A stretch of DNA of 64,000 nucleotides, taken from Candidatus Entotheonellaceae bacterium (GTDB taxonomy: Bacteria > Tectomicrobia > Entotheonellia > Entotheonellales > Entotheonellaceae). A program made the position numbers and the translations under genes. Location: positions 2,400,001 to 2,464,000 of the forward strand of contig OZ250173.1 in the NCBI GenBank assembly GCA_965238075.1, in the 5' to 3' direction. Numbering within the stretch: position 1 is the first letter of the stretch; each line of letters starts with the position of its first letter. Under the pieces are notes generated by a model. That model did not search any database. It worked only from the letters and a program-made list of their open reading frames with translations, and was not told where the DNA came from. This document shows, piece after piece, positions 1 to 10,257 of the stretch.

Positions 1-212
1 ATCGTATCGTCGGGCAATTGCGGGGCCTCATACTACAACGCGCCTTTTCGGGGCGGCAAGTCTTTTTTTGTCCTCGCCGTCGAGGGCGGATTTCGCGAGC
101 TCGTTTCGAGTGCCTGAGGCCGGCGTGCGGCGGTCTCTGGACCGCCCCGGTGCGGGGTAGTATAGTCGCGCCCGGTTTGACGCCGTCTTACAATACCCCC
201 AACCCCCAAACC

Positions 213-291
213 GCCATTCCGGGCTTGACCCGGAATCCAGCGACCTCGGCCCCTGGGATGCCTTCTGGACCCCGGCTTTCGCCGGGGTGAC
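213..291. repeat. Palindromic intergenic repeat element (two hairpins within an outer inverted repeat)
   Basis: gccATTCCGGG-cttga-CCCGGAATccag ... ctggACCCCGGC-tttc-GCCGGGGTgac; resembles the widespread GTCATTCC...GGAATCC / GGA..CC..GG.TGAC family of small palindromic elements. Confidence 0.7.
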
Positions 292-415
292 AGCCTGAAC
301 TCTAGGAGCCATTTTCATACCCTTACGTGGCCTGCAAGGCCATGGCGACTCCTACCCATTGATACGATACGGCTGAAATCCGCGGCTTTGGGCCGCCGCA
401 CGGTGAGGGATCCGC

Positions 416-1672
416 GTGGCTCGTGTGTTGCTGTTGCTGCCGACCCGCACCTACCGGGCGCGCGACTTCATGGAGGCGGCCTACCGCCTGGGGGTGGAGG
501 TGGTGGTGGGCTCTGAGCGCCAGCAGGCCTTTGCACCGCTGTTTCCTGGCGGCCACCTGCGGCTGGATTTTCTCAGGCCGCGGCAGGCGGTGCGGGCGAT
601 TGCGGCGTTCTCCCGCTCGTACCCGCTGGACGCCGTTGTGGCGGTTGACGATGAGGGCACCTTGCTGGCCGCGACTGCCGCCAAGGCGCTGGGGCTGCCG
701 CACAATCCGGTGGCGGCAGTGGCAGCGACGCGCGACAAGTACCGCCTACGTCGGAAGATGGCGGCGACGGGTCTTCTGTCGCCGCGATTCGAGCGCCTGT
801 CGGTTGCGGATGACCCGGTTCGAGCGGCGCAGCGTATGCCCTTTCCCTGTGTGCTGAAGCCGCTCAACCTGGCGGCAAGTCGCGGGGTCATGCGGGCTGA
901 TGATGCGGAACAGTTCGTCGTTTCTTTTGAACGGCTTGTGGCGATCTTGCGCACGCCGGACGTTGTACAGCGCAGCGGCCGATTGGCGCGTCACCTGTTG
1001 GTGGAGGCGTTCATTCCGGGTGCGGAGGTGGTGCTGGAAGGGCTCCTGGTCGGCGGCGAATTGACCGTCCTAGCCGTGTTTGACAAGCCCGATCCACTGG
1101 ACGGCCCGTTCTTTGAGGAGACATTGTACGTGACGCCGTCGCGGCTGCCAGCCGACGTGCAGGCAGACCTCGCTGCACAGACGGCCAAGGCGGTGGCGGC
1201 CATCGGGCTGCGGGAAGGTCCCGTGCACGCCGAGTGGCGCGTGAACGGGCACGGCGCGTGGCTCATCGAAATTGCGGCGCGGTCGATCGGCGGGTTGTGC
1301 TCTCGCGCCCTGCGATTCGGGGCGGGTGTGTCGCTGGAAGATTTAATTCTCATGCACGCCAGTGGCGCCGCCGTGGAGACCTGCGAACGCGAACGCGCCG
1401 CCGCTGGTGTGATGATGCTGCCTATTCCGCGGCTCGGCGTGTTGCACGCCGTCGACGGGCAGGAAGCGGCGCGGTGCATCCCCGGGATTGTAGCGCTGAC
1501 GATGACCATCGCTATCGGGCAGGAAGTCGTTCCGCTCCCCGAAGGCGTGCAGTATCTGGGCTTTCTGTTCGCCCGCGGCGACACGCCGGAAGCGGTTGAA
1601 GCCTCACTCCGTAGAGGTTACCAATGCCTGTCGTTCACCATTAGGCCGAGCACGCCCTGCCATCATACGTAA
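416..1672 (+). CDS. ATP-grasp domain protein (amino-acid ligase-like)
   Basis: RDKYRLR, PCVLKP, SRGV, VEAFIPG, HAEWR and IEIAARSIGG motifs of ATP-grasp ligases; GAGG RBS before GTG. Confidence 0.85.
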   Translation: MARVLLLLPTRTYRARDFMEAAYRLGVEVVVGSERQQAFAPLFPGGHLRLDFLRPRQAVRAIAAFSRSYPLDAVVAVDDEGTLLAATAAKALGLPHNPVAAVAATRDKYRLRRKMAATGLLSPRFERLSVADDPVRAAQRMPFPCVLKPLNLAASRGVMRADDAEQFVVSFERLVAILRTPDVVQRSGRLARHLLVEAFIPGAEVVLEGLLVGGELTVLAVFDKPDPLDGPFFEETLYVTPSRLPADVQADLAAQTAKAVAAIGLREGPVHAEWRVNGHGAWLIEIAARSIGGLCSRALRFGAGVSLEDLILMHASGAAVETCERERAAAGVMMLPIPRLGVLHAVDGQEAARCIPGIVALTMTIAIGQEVVPLPEGVQYLGFLFARGDTPEAVEASLRRGYQCLSFTIRPSTPCHHT

Positions 1673-1687
1673 ATGCAAGGAGGGACT

Positions 1688-2974
1688 TCAGAAGATTGGG
1701 TTGTGTACCACAGCGTGTTCTCGGCCGTGACCGGTGGAGATGATGGACACCTCGCTCTCCATGATCGTTGTCAGCCGGTCGATATAACGCTTGGCGGCGT
1801 CCGGAAAATCTTTGTACGACGTCAACCCCGCGGTCGGTGCCTGCCAGCCGGGCAACTCCTCGTATATCGGTTCGGCTTCTTGCAAGACGGTCAGATCGCA
1901 AGGCATGTCCTTTAGCACCTCACCCCGGTAGCGGTAAGCGGTGCACAGCGACAGGGAGGGCAGCGTGTCGAGGACGTCCAGTTTGGTGAGCGCCAGGCTG
2001 GTGACGCCGTTATGCCACAGGCTGGACCGCGCGCTCACCGCATCGAACCAGCCGCAGCGCCGCACCCGACCGGTGGTGGCGCCGAATTCCTGTCCGCGCT
2101 CCTGCAGAATTTTCCCGTGGTTGTTTTGCAACTCGGTGGGGAAGGGACCCATGCCGACCCGCGTGGCGTATGCCTTCACGACTCCGATCACGTGCGTCAG
2201 GCGTGTCGGAGCAATTCCCGCGCCGCTGCACAGCCCGCTGCTGTTGGTGTTCGACGAGGTGACGTACGGGTAGGTGCCGTGATCGAGATCGAGGAGCGAC
2301 CCCTGGGCGCCTTCCAGCAGCAGATGCTCACCTTTGCGGATGGCCTCGCGCACCATGACGTCGGTGTCCTGCACAAAATCGCGCAGCGTGTCGGCATAAC
2401 CGGCGTATGCCTCACAGACCGTCTCTGGGTCGACGGGTGTCTGGTGAAAGAAATCACGCAGCAGGAAATTGCTCTCCGGCAGATTGGTCTCCAGGCGCTC
2501 GCGGAACTGCGACGGCGACAACACGTCCTGCATTCTCACGCCGCTGCGCGCCGCTTTGTCGGTGTACGTGGGGCCGATCCCCCGGCCGGTGGTGCCGATT
2601 TTGTGGCCGCCGCGCCGCGCCTCGCGCCCAGCTTCCAGCAGGCGGTGGTAGGGCAGCGTGACGTGCGCCTTGGGGCTGATGAACAAGCGCCCACGCAGGT
2701 CGATGCCGCGCACCTTCAGTTGTTGCATCTCTTCCACCAGCGATTCGGGATCAATGACCACACCGGCGCCGATGATGCAGCGAATGCCGGGATGCAACAC
2801 CCCGGAGGGGATTTGGTGGAAGATGTACTTCTCGTCGCCGACCACGATCGTGTGCCCGGCGTTGGCGCCGCCCTGACAGCGGATGACCCACTGAACCTGC
2901 GGGGTTAGCAAATCGACGATCTTTCCTTTCCCTTCATCGCCCCACTGGACGCCCACAATCGCCACAACTGCCAT
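1688..2974 (-). CDS. purA: Adenylosuccinate synthetase
   Basis: GVQWGDEGKGK, QGGANAGHT, IGTTGRGIGP, EGAQG, GTYPYVTSS, GATTGR. True start is MAVVA (ATG at 2974, GGAGA RBS); the ORF-track N-extension is spurious. Confidence 0.98.
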   Translation of the reverse strand: MAVVAIVGVQWGDEGKGKIVDLLTPQVQWVIRCQGGANAGHTIVVGDEKYIFHQIPSGVLHPGIRCIIGAGVVIDPESLVEEMQQLKVRGIDLRGRLFISPKAHVTLPYHRLLEAGREARRGGHKIGTTGRGIGPTYTDKAARSGVRMQDVLSPSQFRERLETNLPESNFLLRDFFHQTPVDPETVCEAYAGYADTLRDFVQDTDVMVREAIRKGEHLLLEGAQGSLLDLDHGTYPYVTSSNTNSSGLCSGAGIAPTRLTHVIGVVKAYATRVGMGPFPTELQNNHGKILQERGQEFGATTGRVRRCGWFDAVSARSSLWHNGVTSLALTKLDVLDTLPSLSLCTAYRYRGEVLKDMPCDLTVLQEAEPIYEELPGWQAPTAGLTSYKDFPDAAKRYIDRLTTIMESEVSIISTGHGREHAVVHNPIF

Positions 2975-3003
2975 GTATTGTTCTCCGTTTCTCGCTGTAA
3001 AGG

Positions 3004-3963
3004 TCAGCCGTTGCCCAGCCCCGGCACGCCGCCGACGCTGCGAGCCGCCTTCACTGCGGCGCTCAGGGATTCGGCCACCAAGTCGGCCGCCACGATCCCT
3101 AGTTGAATGGAATCGGCGGCCTGCGTGCCTGTCGATACGGCAAACATAGTGTCGCCGTCGTACAGCGTATGGGTGGGCGACAATCCCTTGACGAAGCCGT
3201 GCTGCGCAAGTTGGGCCAATTTGCGGGCCTGCGGTTTGTTTAACTTGGCGTTGGTCGCCACGACGCCGAGCGTCGTGTTGGTGCCGGCGTCCAGACGGGG
3301 CGTCGCGCCCCGCCGTAACTGCTCGGCGGTGTCCGCCAATGCCATGCTGTCGGGTGTCTCGCGGGTGCCCGCCAGCAGCGCGCCGGTGGCCGATTCCCGG
3401 ACGTCGCCGAGCGCGTTGCAGACGACCAGGGCGCCGACCCACACGTCGTTGTCCAGTTGCGTACTTGCCGTGCCCACGCCACCCTGCATGGCCTGGGGCA
3501 TGCCGTACAACTTGCCGACCGTGGCGCCCATGCCGGCGCCGGCGTTGCCCTGTTCAACCGGGCCGGCAGCGGCGGCTTGGCAGGCGGCATATCCCATGGC
3601 AGCGTTGGGGCGTATGCCAGCCGCCCCGATGCCCAAGTCGTAGATGATCGCGGCCGGCACGATCGGCACGCAGGCGGCGGGTGTCGGGAATCCGATGCCC
3701 TGTTCTTCCAGCCACCGCATGACGCCGCCCGCCGCGTCCAGCCCGAACGCGCTGCCGCCTGCCAGGGTGATGGCGTGAATCGTCGGGGTCAGGTGCATGG
3801 CGTCCAGCACCACCAACTCCCGCGTGCCGCTCGCCGAGCCGCGCACGTCGACCCCGCCCACGGCGCCGTCCGGGAAGGCCACGACGGTGCAGCCGGTCAG
3901 CGCCTCGGTATCCTGCGCCTGTCCGACCAGCACGCCCGGCACGTCGGTTATCGCCTGCCACAT
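3004..3963 (-). CDS. P1/S58 (DmpA-like) peptidase
   Basis: ITDVPGVLVG, LAGGSAFGLDAA, NTTLGVVATN, HTLYDGDTMF. Confidence 0.9.
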   Translation of the reverse strand: MWQAITDVPGVLVGQAQDTEALTGCTVVAFPDGAVGGVDVRGSASGTRELVVLDAMHLTPTIHAITLAGGSAFGLDAAGGVMRWLEEQGIGFPTPAACVPIVPAAIIYDLGIGAAGIRPNAAMGYAACQAAAAGPVEQGNAGAGMGATVGKLYGMPQAMQGGVGTASTQLDNDVWVGALVVCNALGDVRESATGALLAGTRETPDSMALADTAEQLRRGATPRLDAGTNTTLGVVATNAKLNKPQARKLAQLAQHGFVKGLSPTHTLYDGDTMFAVSTGTQAADSIQLGIVAADLVAESLSAAVKAARSVGGVPGLGNG

Positions 3964-3978
3964 AACGTCCCGCAATCC

Positions 3979-5316
3979 TCATCCGACATTGCTCACCACC
4001 TCGCCGATGGCCAAGCCGTCGCTCAGCCTGTGCAAGCGCACCATCGCCATCCGGTTTGACAGGTCCTCTGACGCTTCGACGCCCACCTTGAGGTAATTGT
4101 CACTGAAGCCGGTATGCAGGCCCGATTTCTCAAGACGCTCGAACAACACCCGCACCGTGCTGCCCATGGAGCCGCGATAAAATGCCGCCTTCTTGCGCGT
4201 GCTGAGTTCCCGCAGAGTGCGGCTGCGCGCCTGAATGTCGGCGGGCGGCAGGTGATCCGTATACCGTTGGGCGTAGGTGTGCGGCCGCTCGGAGTATGAA
4301 AAGACGTGGCAATAGGCCAGCGGCAGGTCGGCCAGCAGCAGGCGGGTGTTGGCGAATGCCGCCTCATCCTCGCCGGGGAAGCCCACCATCGCGTCCGTGC
4401 CCAGGCAGACGTCCGGCACGCGCGCCGCGACCCGCTGGATGAACGACGTGAAGTCGGCCCGTGTGTAACGCCGCTTCATGCGTTGCAGCACGTCGTCGTC
4501 GCCGCTCTGCAGGGGTACGTGCAGGTAGGGGCACAGCTTGGACGAGGTTGCCATCCAATCGACCAGCCCCTCGGGGATGGTGGTCGGCTCGATGGAACTG
4601 ATGCGGATACGGTCGAGGCCGTCGATGTCTTCGAGTGCCCGGATAACCTGGAGCAGGTCGTAGCCGTCGCTTGTGTACGTGCCGATGTTGACGCCGGTGA
4701 GCACGATCTCCCGGTGCCCTCTCGCGACCAGGCCGCGGGCCTCCTGGAGGATGTCCGGGAACTTGCGGCTGCGGGCGCCGCCGCGGCTGAAGGGGATGAT
4801 GCAAAAGGCGCAGGCGAAGTTGCAACCGTCCTGGATTTTCAGGTTGGCCCGCGTGTGATCGCTGTAATTGCCAATCACGTCCAGGCTGAAATCATCGCGG
4901 GCGATTTTCGTGGTGTGAACGACGCGCGGCGCGACTTCCTTTTGCGGCGTGTCGACGAGGTCTACCACCTGCATTTTGTGGGCTGTACCGACGATCAGGT
5001 CGAGCCCGTCGATGCCCCGCAGCGCCTCCTTGCCCACTTGCGCGTAGCATCCGGTGACGACTACGTAGGCGTTCGGCGAGCGGCGCAGCACGGTGCGCAC
5101 CGCTTGGCGGCACTTGGCCTCGGCGCTTTCGGTGACCGAGCAGGTATTGATGACGCACACATCGGTATCGGCGCCGTAATTGACGATGCGGTAGCCCCGG
5201 TTGGCGAACGTCGCGCTGATCGACGCCGTCTCGGCCTGATTGAGGCGGCAGCCCAAGGTGTGGAACGACGCTCGCATGCCGTTCTCGGGGCTCACCTGCC
5301 CATCCGTTGTACGCAT
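3979..5316 (-). CDS. mtaB: tRNA t6A37 methylthiotransferase (radical SAM)
   Basis: TLGCRLNQAE, INTCSVT, VTGCYAQ, KIQDGCNFACAFC, RISSIEP, C-terminal TRAM-like domain. Confidence 0.9.
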   Translation of the reverse strand: MRTTDGQVSPENGMRASFHTLGCRLNQAETASISATFANRGYRIVNYGADTDVCVINTCSVTESAEAKCRQAVRTVLRRSPNAYVVVTGCYAQVGKEALRGIDGLDLIVGTAHKMQVVDLVDTPQKEVAPRVVHTTKIARDDFSLDVIGNYSDHTRANLKIQDGCNFACAFCIIPFSRGGARSRKFPDILQEARGLVARGHREIVLTGVNIGTYTSDGYDLLQVIRALEDIDGLDRIRISSIEPTTIPEGLVDWMATSSKLCPYLHVPLQSGDDDVLQRMKRRYTRADFTSFIQRVAARVPDVCLGTDAMVGFPGEDEAAFANTRLLLADLPLAYCHVFSYSERPHTYAQRYTDHLPPADIQARSRTLRELSTRKKAAFYRGSMGSTVRVLFERLEKSGLHTGFSDNYLKVGVEASEDLSNRMAMVRLHRLSDGLAIGEVVSNVG

Positions 5317-5437
5317 TGCTTTCTCCTGAAGCCGTCCGGCCGCCAAGGCGCGTCGGCTTGCTCGCCATCTATGGGTGCGCTACGCTTCTCACGTTACCGA
5401 ACAGGACTCTGGAATTTCAACCAAGCGAGGGATCATT

Positions 5438-6349
5438 GTGCGGCATGCCACACCCCGGCAAGTGCGCGTGCGCGTTCCGGCTACGACGGCCAACCTGGGT
5501 TGCGGGTTCGATATCCTGGGGCTCGCACTGAAAATCTACAATACCTTTACGTTGACTGTGACGCCTGAGCCGGGTTGGCGTGTCACGCTGCCGGCCGGGG
5601 TGGACCTGCCGTCTGATGGCGATAACTTGGTATTCAAGGCCGCCCACGGCGTGTTTACCAAGGTCGGCGACAAGCCGGCGGGGTTGCATTTGTCGTTGGA
5701 CATGGACATTCCGCTGGCGCGCGGTCTTGGCAGCAGTTCAGCCGCCATTGTCGGCGGCCTGCTCGCCGCCAACGTGCTTGCCGGCAACCCGCTGAAACCC
5801 GAGGCGCTGCTTGCCATGGCCGTCGAGATGGAGGGGCATCCCGATAACGTCACGCCGGCGCTGATGGGCGGTCTGACCCTTTCCTACGCCGTCGACGGGT
5901 GCCATGCATTCCTGCCTCTGGATTTTCCGTCCGACTTGAGCCTGATCGTGGCCATCCCCGACTTTGAACTGCCAACTGCCAAGGCGCGAGCCGTGCTTCC
6001 CCGGCAGATCAGCCGGGCCGACGCGGTGTTTAATTGCAGCCGCACCGCCCTGCTCGTGGCGACGCTTCAGATGAGGCGCTACGACCTTCTTTCCGCCGCC
6101 ATGGACGATCGCCTGCATCAACCCTTTCGCGCCGCCCTCGTGCCCGGTATGGAAGCCGCCATGGCCGCCGGCTATCGCGCCAAGGCGTTGGGTGTGGTCC
6201 TCAGTGGCGCCGGGCCTACCTTGGTTGCCTTGACCCGTTCCGACCCGCAGGCCGTTGCCGCGGCGATCAGCGATGCCTTCGCGGCGCACCATGTTACGTG
6301 CCGGACCCAACTCGTACAAGCCGACGTCGAAGGCGCCGTGGTCTGGTGA
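5438..6349 (+). CDS. thrB: Homoserine kinase
   Basis: VPATTANLGCGFD, IPLARGLGSSSAA (GHMP motif), EGHPDN, DRLHQP, SGAGPT. Confidence 0.95.
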   Translation: MRHATPRQVRVRVPATTANLGCGFDILGLALKIYNTFTLTVTPEPGWRVTLPAGVDLPSDGDNLVFKAAHGVFTKVGDKPAGLHLSLDMDIPLARGLGSSSAAIVGGLLAANVLAGNPLKPEALLAMAVEMEGHPDNVTPALMGGLTLSYAVDGCHAFLPLDFPSDLSLIVAIPDFELPTAKARAVLPRQISRADAVFNCSRTALLVATLQMRRYDLLSAAMDDRLHQPFRAALVPGMEAAMAAGYRAKALGVVLSGAGPTLVALTRSDPQAVAAAISDAFAAHHVTCRTQLVQADVEGAVVW

Positions 6350-6565
6350 ACGGGGTCATCATCCGGCGCCGGGCTGCCTTGGCGAAGGCGGGATTGTACC
6401 ACAAGGGCCTGTCGCCGTTGTTGCAGTCCGCGTTCACGGCACTTCGGGGAGGCTTGACAAAGACGGGCGGCTTATGAGAGAAGGGCTGACGCGGATGCAA
6501 ACGCCGCTACGGAGTGTGGTAGTGCCGTTTAAGGGTTAGTTGCCATACGGAGAGAGGAGCACGTC

Positions 6566-7684
6566 ATGCAAGTAGAATGGCTGAAGCGATATATGACCCA
6601 GCAGCACCAGGGTTGCCAACATGAACACGCTGCGGAGGCAGAGGACGCCGCGACCGAGCAAGACGACAGCGGCGTGTCGCGCCGTGATTTCGTCAAGACC
6701 GGCGTTGCCGCCGGCATGGCTGCCGGCATGGCTGCCGGGCACGTGATCGGTAATCCCGACAAGGCCGAAGCGGCGGCGCACTGGGATTTCCCCCTGGGCG
6801 CTCAGTGGTGGCCGTCCGAATGGGGCCCGGAGGATGAGGCCGGCGCTTCCAACCGCATCACGCCGAGCAAAGTGCTGGAGGCCGCCAGTCTGATTCGCAA
6901 GGGCAAGGTTTACCGCCTTGGCATGGTACTGGAGGCTGGGGTTCCCCTGTTTGGCGCGCGGCACGTTTCGATCACCATTCCGGGCGGCCCCACCGGCGGC
7001 CCGTTTGGCGCCCAGCAACTCATGTACAACGATGAGATGTTCAGCGGCGAGATCGGCCAGGTCGGGTCGCAGTTTGACGGCCTCGGCCACATTGGCGCTA
7101 AGGTGGGCGACACGATCCGCTACTACAACGGCTTCACGCAGGACCAGGTGGGCGGCTCTTACGGGCTGCAAAAGTTGGGCGTTCACAACTGCAAGCCGTT
7201 TTTCACGCGCGGCATCCTGCTTGACGTGGCGTCCATGAAGGGTGAAGAACGGCTGCCGATCGGCTACGTCATCACCATGAACGATGTCGCGGACACGCTC
7301 AGCAAGCAGGGTATTAACGAACCCGGCGAGGGTGACGCGGTCATGTTCCGCACCGGCCACATCAGTTTGTGGATGAAGGACAACGAAGAGTACAACAAGG
7401 GCTGCCCGGGTCCCGGCGAGACGGTGGCCAGGTGGCTCGCCGAGCGCAAAATCGCCTGCGTCGGCGGTGACAGTTGGCCGGTCGAGGCCGTGCCGGGCGA
7501 GGTGGAGAGCCAGCCGTTCGCGTGCCACGTGATCTGGATCCCCATGAACGGCATCTACATTATCGAGAACCAGTACCTGGATGACTTGGCGAACGACGGC
7601 GTTTACGAGTTTGCCTGGTCGTTCAGCCCGTGGCCGGTCAAGGGCGGTACCGGGGCGCCAGGCATCTCCGTGGCCATTGCCTAA
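6566..7684 (+). CDS. Tat-exported cyclase (kynurenine formamidase-like) family metallohydrolase
   Basis: SRRDFVK twin-arginine signal; WGPEDEAGASN, GSQFDGLGH, FRTG, GGDSW, IIEN, KGGTGAP. Confidence 0.85.
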   Translation: MQVEWLKRYMTQQHQGCQHEHAAEAEDAATEQDDSGVSRRDFVKTGVAAGMAAGMAAGHVIGNPDKAEAAAHWDFPLGAQWWPSEWGPEDEAGASNRITPSKVLEAASLIRKGKVYRLGMVLEAGVPLFGARHVSITIPGGPTGGPFGAQQLMYNDEMFSGEIGQVGSQFDGLGHIGAKVGDTIRYYNGFTQDQVGGSYGLQKLGVHNCKPFFTRGILLDVASMKGEERLPIGYVITMNDVADTLSKQGINEPGEGDAVMFRTGHISLWMKDNEEYNKGCPGPGETVARWLAERKIACVGGDSWPVEAVPGEVESQPFACHVIWIPMNGIYIIENQYLDDLANDGVYEFAWSFSPWPVKGGTGAPGISVAIA

Positions 7685-7809
7685 TTCGGGCAACACGGGT
7701 TTGTAATTCCTCCCTGATACCGGGGCGAGCGTTGCATATCAGCGCTCGCCCCGCTTTCCTTTGATTCCCAGATCCCGGTTTCGGATTGGCACGGCAGAAA
7801 GGACGCAGC

Positions 7810-8772
7810 ATGAAATTCGGTCTGCATCTCGGCACGCGGGGCGTTGCTGCGCGTGCGGACGGCCTGCGACGGGTGGCGCAGCACTGCGAGCGTCTGGGGC
7901 TGTCGCATTTCGGCCTCAGCGATCACGTCATCATTCCGGCACGTACGGCGTCGCGGTATCCCTACAACGATTCCGGCACGTGGCCGGCCAGCGATACGGG
8001 TATGTGCCTTGAGCAGATCACGGCGTTGACGTGGGCGGCGGCGGCCACCGAGCGCATCCGGCTGCTCACCTCGGTGATGGTGCTGATGCACCGACCGCCG
8101 GTGCTGACCGCCAAGATGCTGGCAACGCTGGACGTGCTGTCCGGGAGCCGGTTGACGCTGGGGATTGGGGTCGGCTGGATGGCCGAGGAACTGGCCGTTC
8201 TGGGCGCGCCGCCCTTCGACCGCCGGGGCCGGGCGTCCGATGAGTACATCGGTGCCTTCCGGTCGCTGTGGACGGAGGACGATCCAGCCATGGACGGCGA
8301 GTTCGTGCGCTTTACCGGGGTGCGGTTTGCGCCCAAACCGGCGTCGAAGCTACCCATTTGGGTCGGCGGCGAGGGTGCGGCAGCGCGGCGCCGCGCGGGA
8401 CGCCTGGGCGACGGTTGGTATCCGGTCGGGCGCAACCCGCGCGCCATGCTGGACACCCCGGCGCTGTTTGCCGAGGCGCTTGCGGATGTGCACCGCCACG
8501 CCGAGGCGGAGGGCCGTAACCCTGACGATATCGATACCGCCATGTTTGTCCCGTGGTATTGTCTGGGAACTGAGTTGCCGCGTCCCGAAGGCGGGCGGCT
8601 GCCGTTTACGGGTTCTGCGGGGCGTATTGCGGAAGACGTGGCGGCATTTGGGGAGCGGGGGTTGAAGCACCTGATTATCGGCTTCGAGAGCGACGACCTC
8701 AGTGAGACGCTGGATCTTACCGAACAGTTCGCCAAGGAGGTCGCGGACTGTGACGCTGACAGTGCCGGCTAA
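7810..8772 (+). CDS. LLM-class (probably F420-dependent) oxidoreductase
   Basis: SDHVIIP, AAATERIRL, AKMLATLDVLSG, GIGVGW, PKP..PIWVGG. Confidence 0.9.
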   Translation: MKFGLHLGTRGVAARADGLRRVAQHCERLGLSHFGLSDHVIIPARTASRYPYNDSGTWPASDTGMCLEQITALTWAAAATERIRLLTSVMVLMHRPPVLTAKMLATLDVLSGSRLTLGIGVGWMAEELAVLGAPPFDRRGRASDEYIGAFRSLWTEDDPAMDGEFVRFTGVRFAPKPASKLPIWVGGEGAAARRRAGRLGDGWYPVGRNPRAMLDTPALFAEALADVHRHAEAEGRNPDDIDTAMFVPWYCLGTELPRPEGGRLPFTGSAGRIAEDVAAFGERGLKHLIIGFESDDLSETLDLTEQFAKEVADCDADSAG

Positions 8773-9959
8773 CGACCGGTCTGCCCGGCCGCCGACAGGT
8801 AGGGGCGGGTGATGGCGCGGCCGATCACGACGTTCTGAATTTCTGTGGTGCCGTCCAGATATTGCGCCATTTTGGCGGCGGTCAAGTGGCGTGCCAATGG
8901 GTATTCGGTGCGAAAGCCGTTGGCCCCCATGGCCTGCATACAGTCGGCGATGCGACTGAGCGCCACCCGTGTGGCGAACTTCTTGGCGTGGGCGGCGGCC
9001 AGGGTATGGCGGCCCGTTCCGTCGTCCAATACCGTGGCGGCGTGCGCGGTCAGCAGCCGCGCAGCCTCCAGGTCGGTGGCGGCGTCGGCCAGCAGCGACT
9101 GGACGGCCTGGTGTTCCAGCACCGATTTTCCGAACGTGCGTCGTCCGGCTGCGTGTTCCATTGCGACTTCCAACGATCTCCCCAGCATGCCGCAGCACAT
9201 GGCGGCAACCGCGATGCGAGCGAAATCGACTCCGGCCAAAGCCGCCTTGAATCCCCCGCCGGATCCCACCAGAACGTCGTTCGCGCCGACGCGGCACCCC
9301 TCGAAACGAAATCCGCCGGTACCGAGCGCGTGGCCGCCCAACAGGCGATAGGCGGGTTCCCGGATCACCCCCGGGGCGCCGGCTTCCACGATGAAGCAAG
9401 CAATGCCGCGCCAGCCGGCCGACGCATCGGTCTGGGCATACACGCTCAACAGGTCGGCGGTTGCGGCGTTACTGACCCATGCCTTGACGCCGTCAAGCCG
9501 CCAGTCACGACCATCCCGCCGTGCCGTCGTGGTAATCGCCGCCGCGTCGCTTCCGCCTTGCGGTTCGGTGAGCAGGAAGGCGCCGATCTGTTCGCCGGTG
9601 ATCAGTCCGGGTAGCCAGCGCTCCAGTTGTAGAGTGCTGGCGTTGCGCGTAATGCCGCGTGCCAGGTTGTTGTGCACGGTCAGTGCGAACGCTGAGGCCA
9701 TGCAGGCGGCGGCCAGGGCTTCCACGACCAGAGCCATGGCCGGCATGCCAAGCCCGTGGCCGTGCATGGATTCCGGCACGGTCAGGCGGCACAGCCCGCG
9801 CGCGGCGGCCTCCCGGAAGGCTTCTCTCGGCACACCGCCCGCTTCCTCCCAAGCGCCGGCATTCGGTTCGATCACGCCGTGCGCAAATGCCCGCGCGGCG
9901 TTCACCACATCCTTTTCACGATCTGAAATCGGGGGCATGACAGCGGCAAGACCGTTCAT
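8769..9959 (-). CDS. Acyl-CoA dehydrogenase family protein
   Basis: AFLLTEPQGGSD, GVKAWVSN, RRTFGK, QAMGANG, YLDGTTEIQ. Confidence 0.92.
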   Translation of the reverse strand: MNGLAAVMPPISDREKDVVNAARAFAHGVIEPNAGAWEEAGGVPREAFREAAARGLCRLTVPESMHGHGLGMPAMALVVEALAAACMASAFALTVHNNLARGITRNASTLQLERWLPGLITGEQIGAFLLTEPQGGSDAAAITTTARRDGRDWRLDGVKAWVSNAATADLLSVYAQTDASAGWRGIACFIVEAGAPGVIREPAYRLLGGHALGTGGFRFEGCRVGANDVLVGSGGGFKAALAGVDFARIAVAAMCCGMLGRSLEVAMEHAAGRRTFGKSVLEHQAVQSLLADAATDLEAARLLTAHAATVLDDGTGRHTLAAAHAKKFATRVALSRIADCMQAMGANGFRTEYPLARHLTAAKMAQYLDGTTEIQNVVIGRAITRPYLSAAGQTGR

Positions 9960-10068
9960 GGCAGTCCATCAGAAACAAGGTTGGCAGGGTCGGGAGCGTA
10001 GGCCGTGATGTCAGGAACCGCCGGGAGGAGGTCTCGGCAACGTCGAATGCGGGTAGGACCGAGCGGGA

Positions 10069-10152
10069 TGCCGAAGGGGGGATTTGAACCCCCACGCCCG
10101 GTGAGGCACCACCCCCTCAAGATGGCGTGTCTACCATTTCCACCACTTCGGC
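10069..10152 (-). tRNA. tRNA-Leu (anticodon GAG)
   Basis: Reverse complement GCCGAAGTGGTGGAAATGGTAGACACG-CCATC-TTGAGGG-GGTGG-long variable arm-GGGGGTTCAAATCCCCC-CTTCGGCA; classic position downstream of secG; CCA not encoded. Confidence 0.95.
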
Positions 10153-10257
10153 ATATTTGTACGTCTGGAAAACGGGTTTCCGAGACGGAAAGAAGGCTCA
10201 GCATAGCGCCTGCGCCTGGCCATTGTCAACGGCTTTCTCGGGCTGCCTGACCCCCGG

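Noticed and set aside
18-318. Short ORFs on both strands (90 and 96 aa)
   Set aside because: Largely translations of the palindromic element and promoter DNA.
2975-3442. 155-aa N-terminal extension of PurA in the ORF track
   Set aside because: It overlaps the peptidase gene in another frame; the real start has its own RBS at 2974.
4306-5568. Long antisense ORFs here and elsewhere (e.g. 6536-7696, 33168-34373, 37211-38443, 48939-50162)
   Set aside because: Shadow frames expected opposite high-GC3 genes; no motifs.
6500-10152. Genomic island integrated at tRNA-Leu
   Set aside because: No integrase, no duplicated tRNA 3' end found downstream, and no compositional shift.
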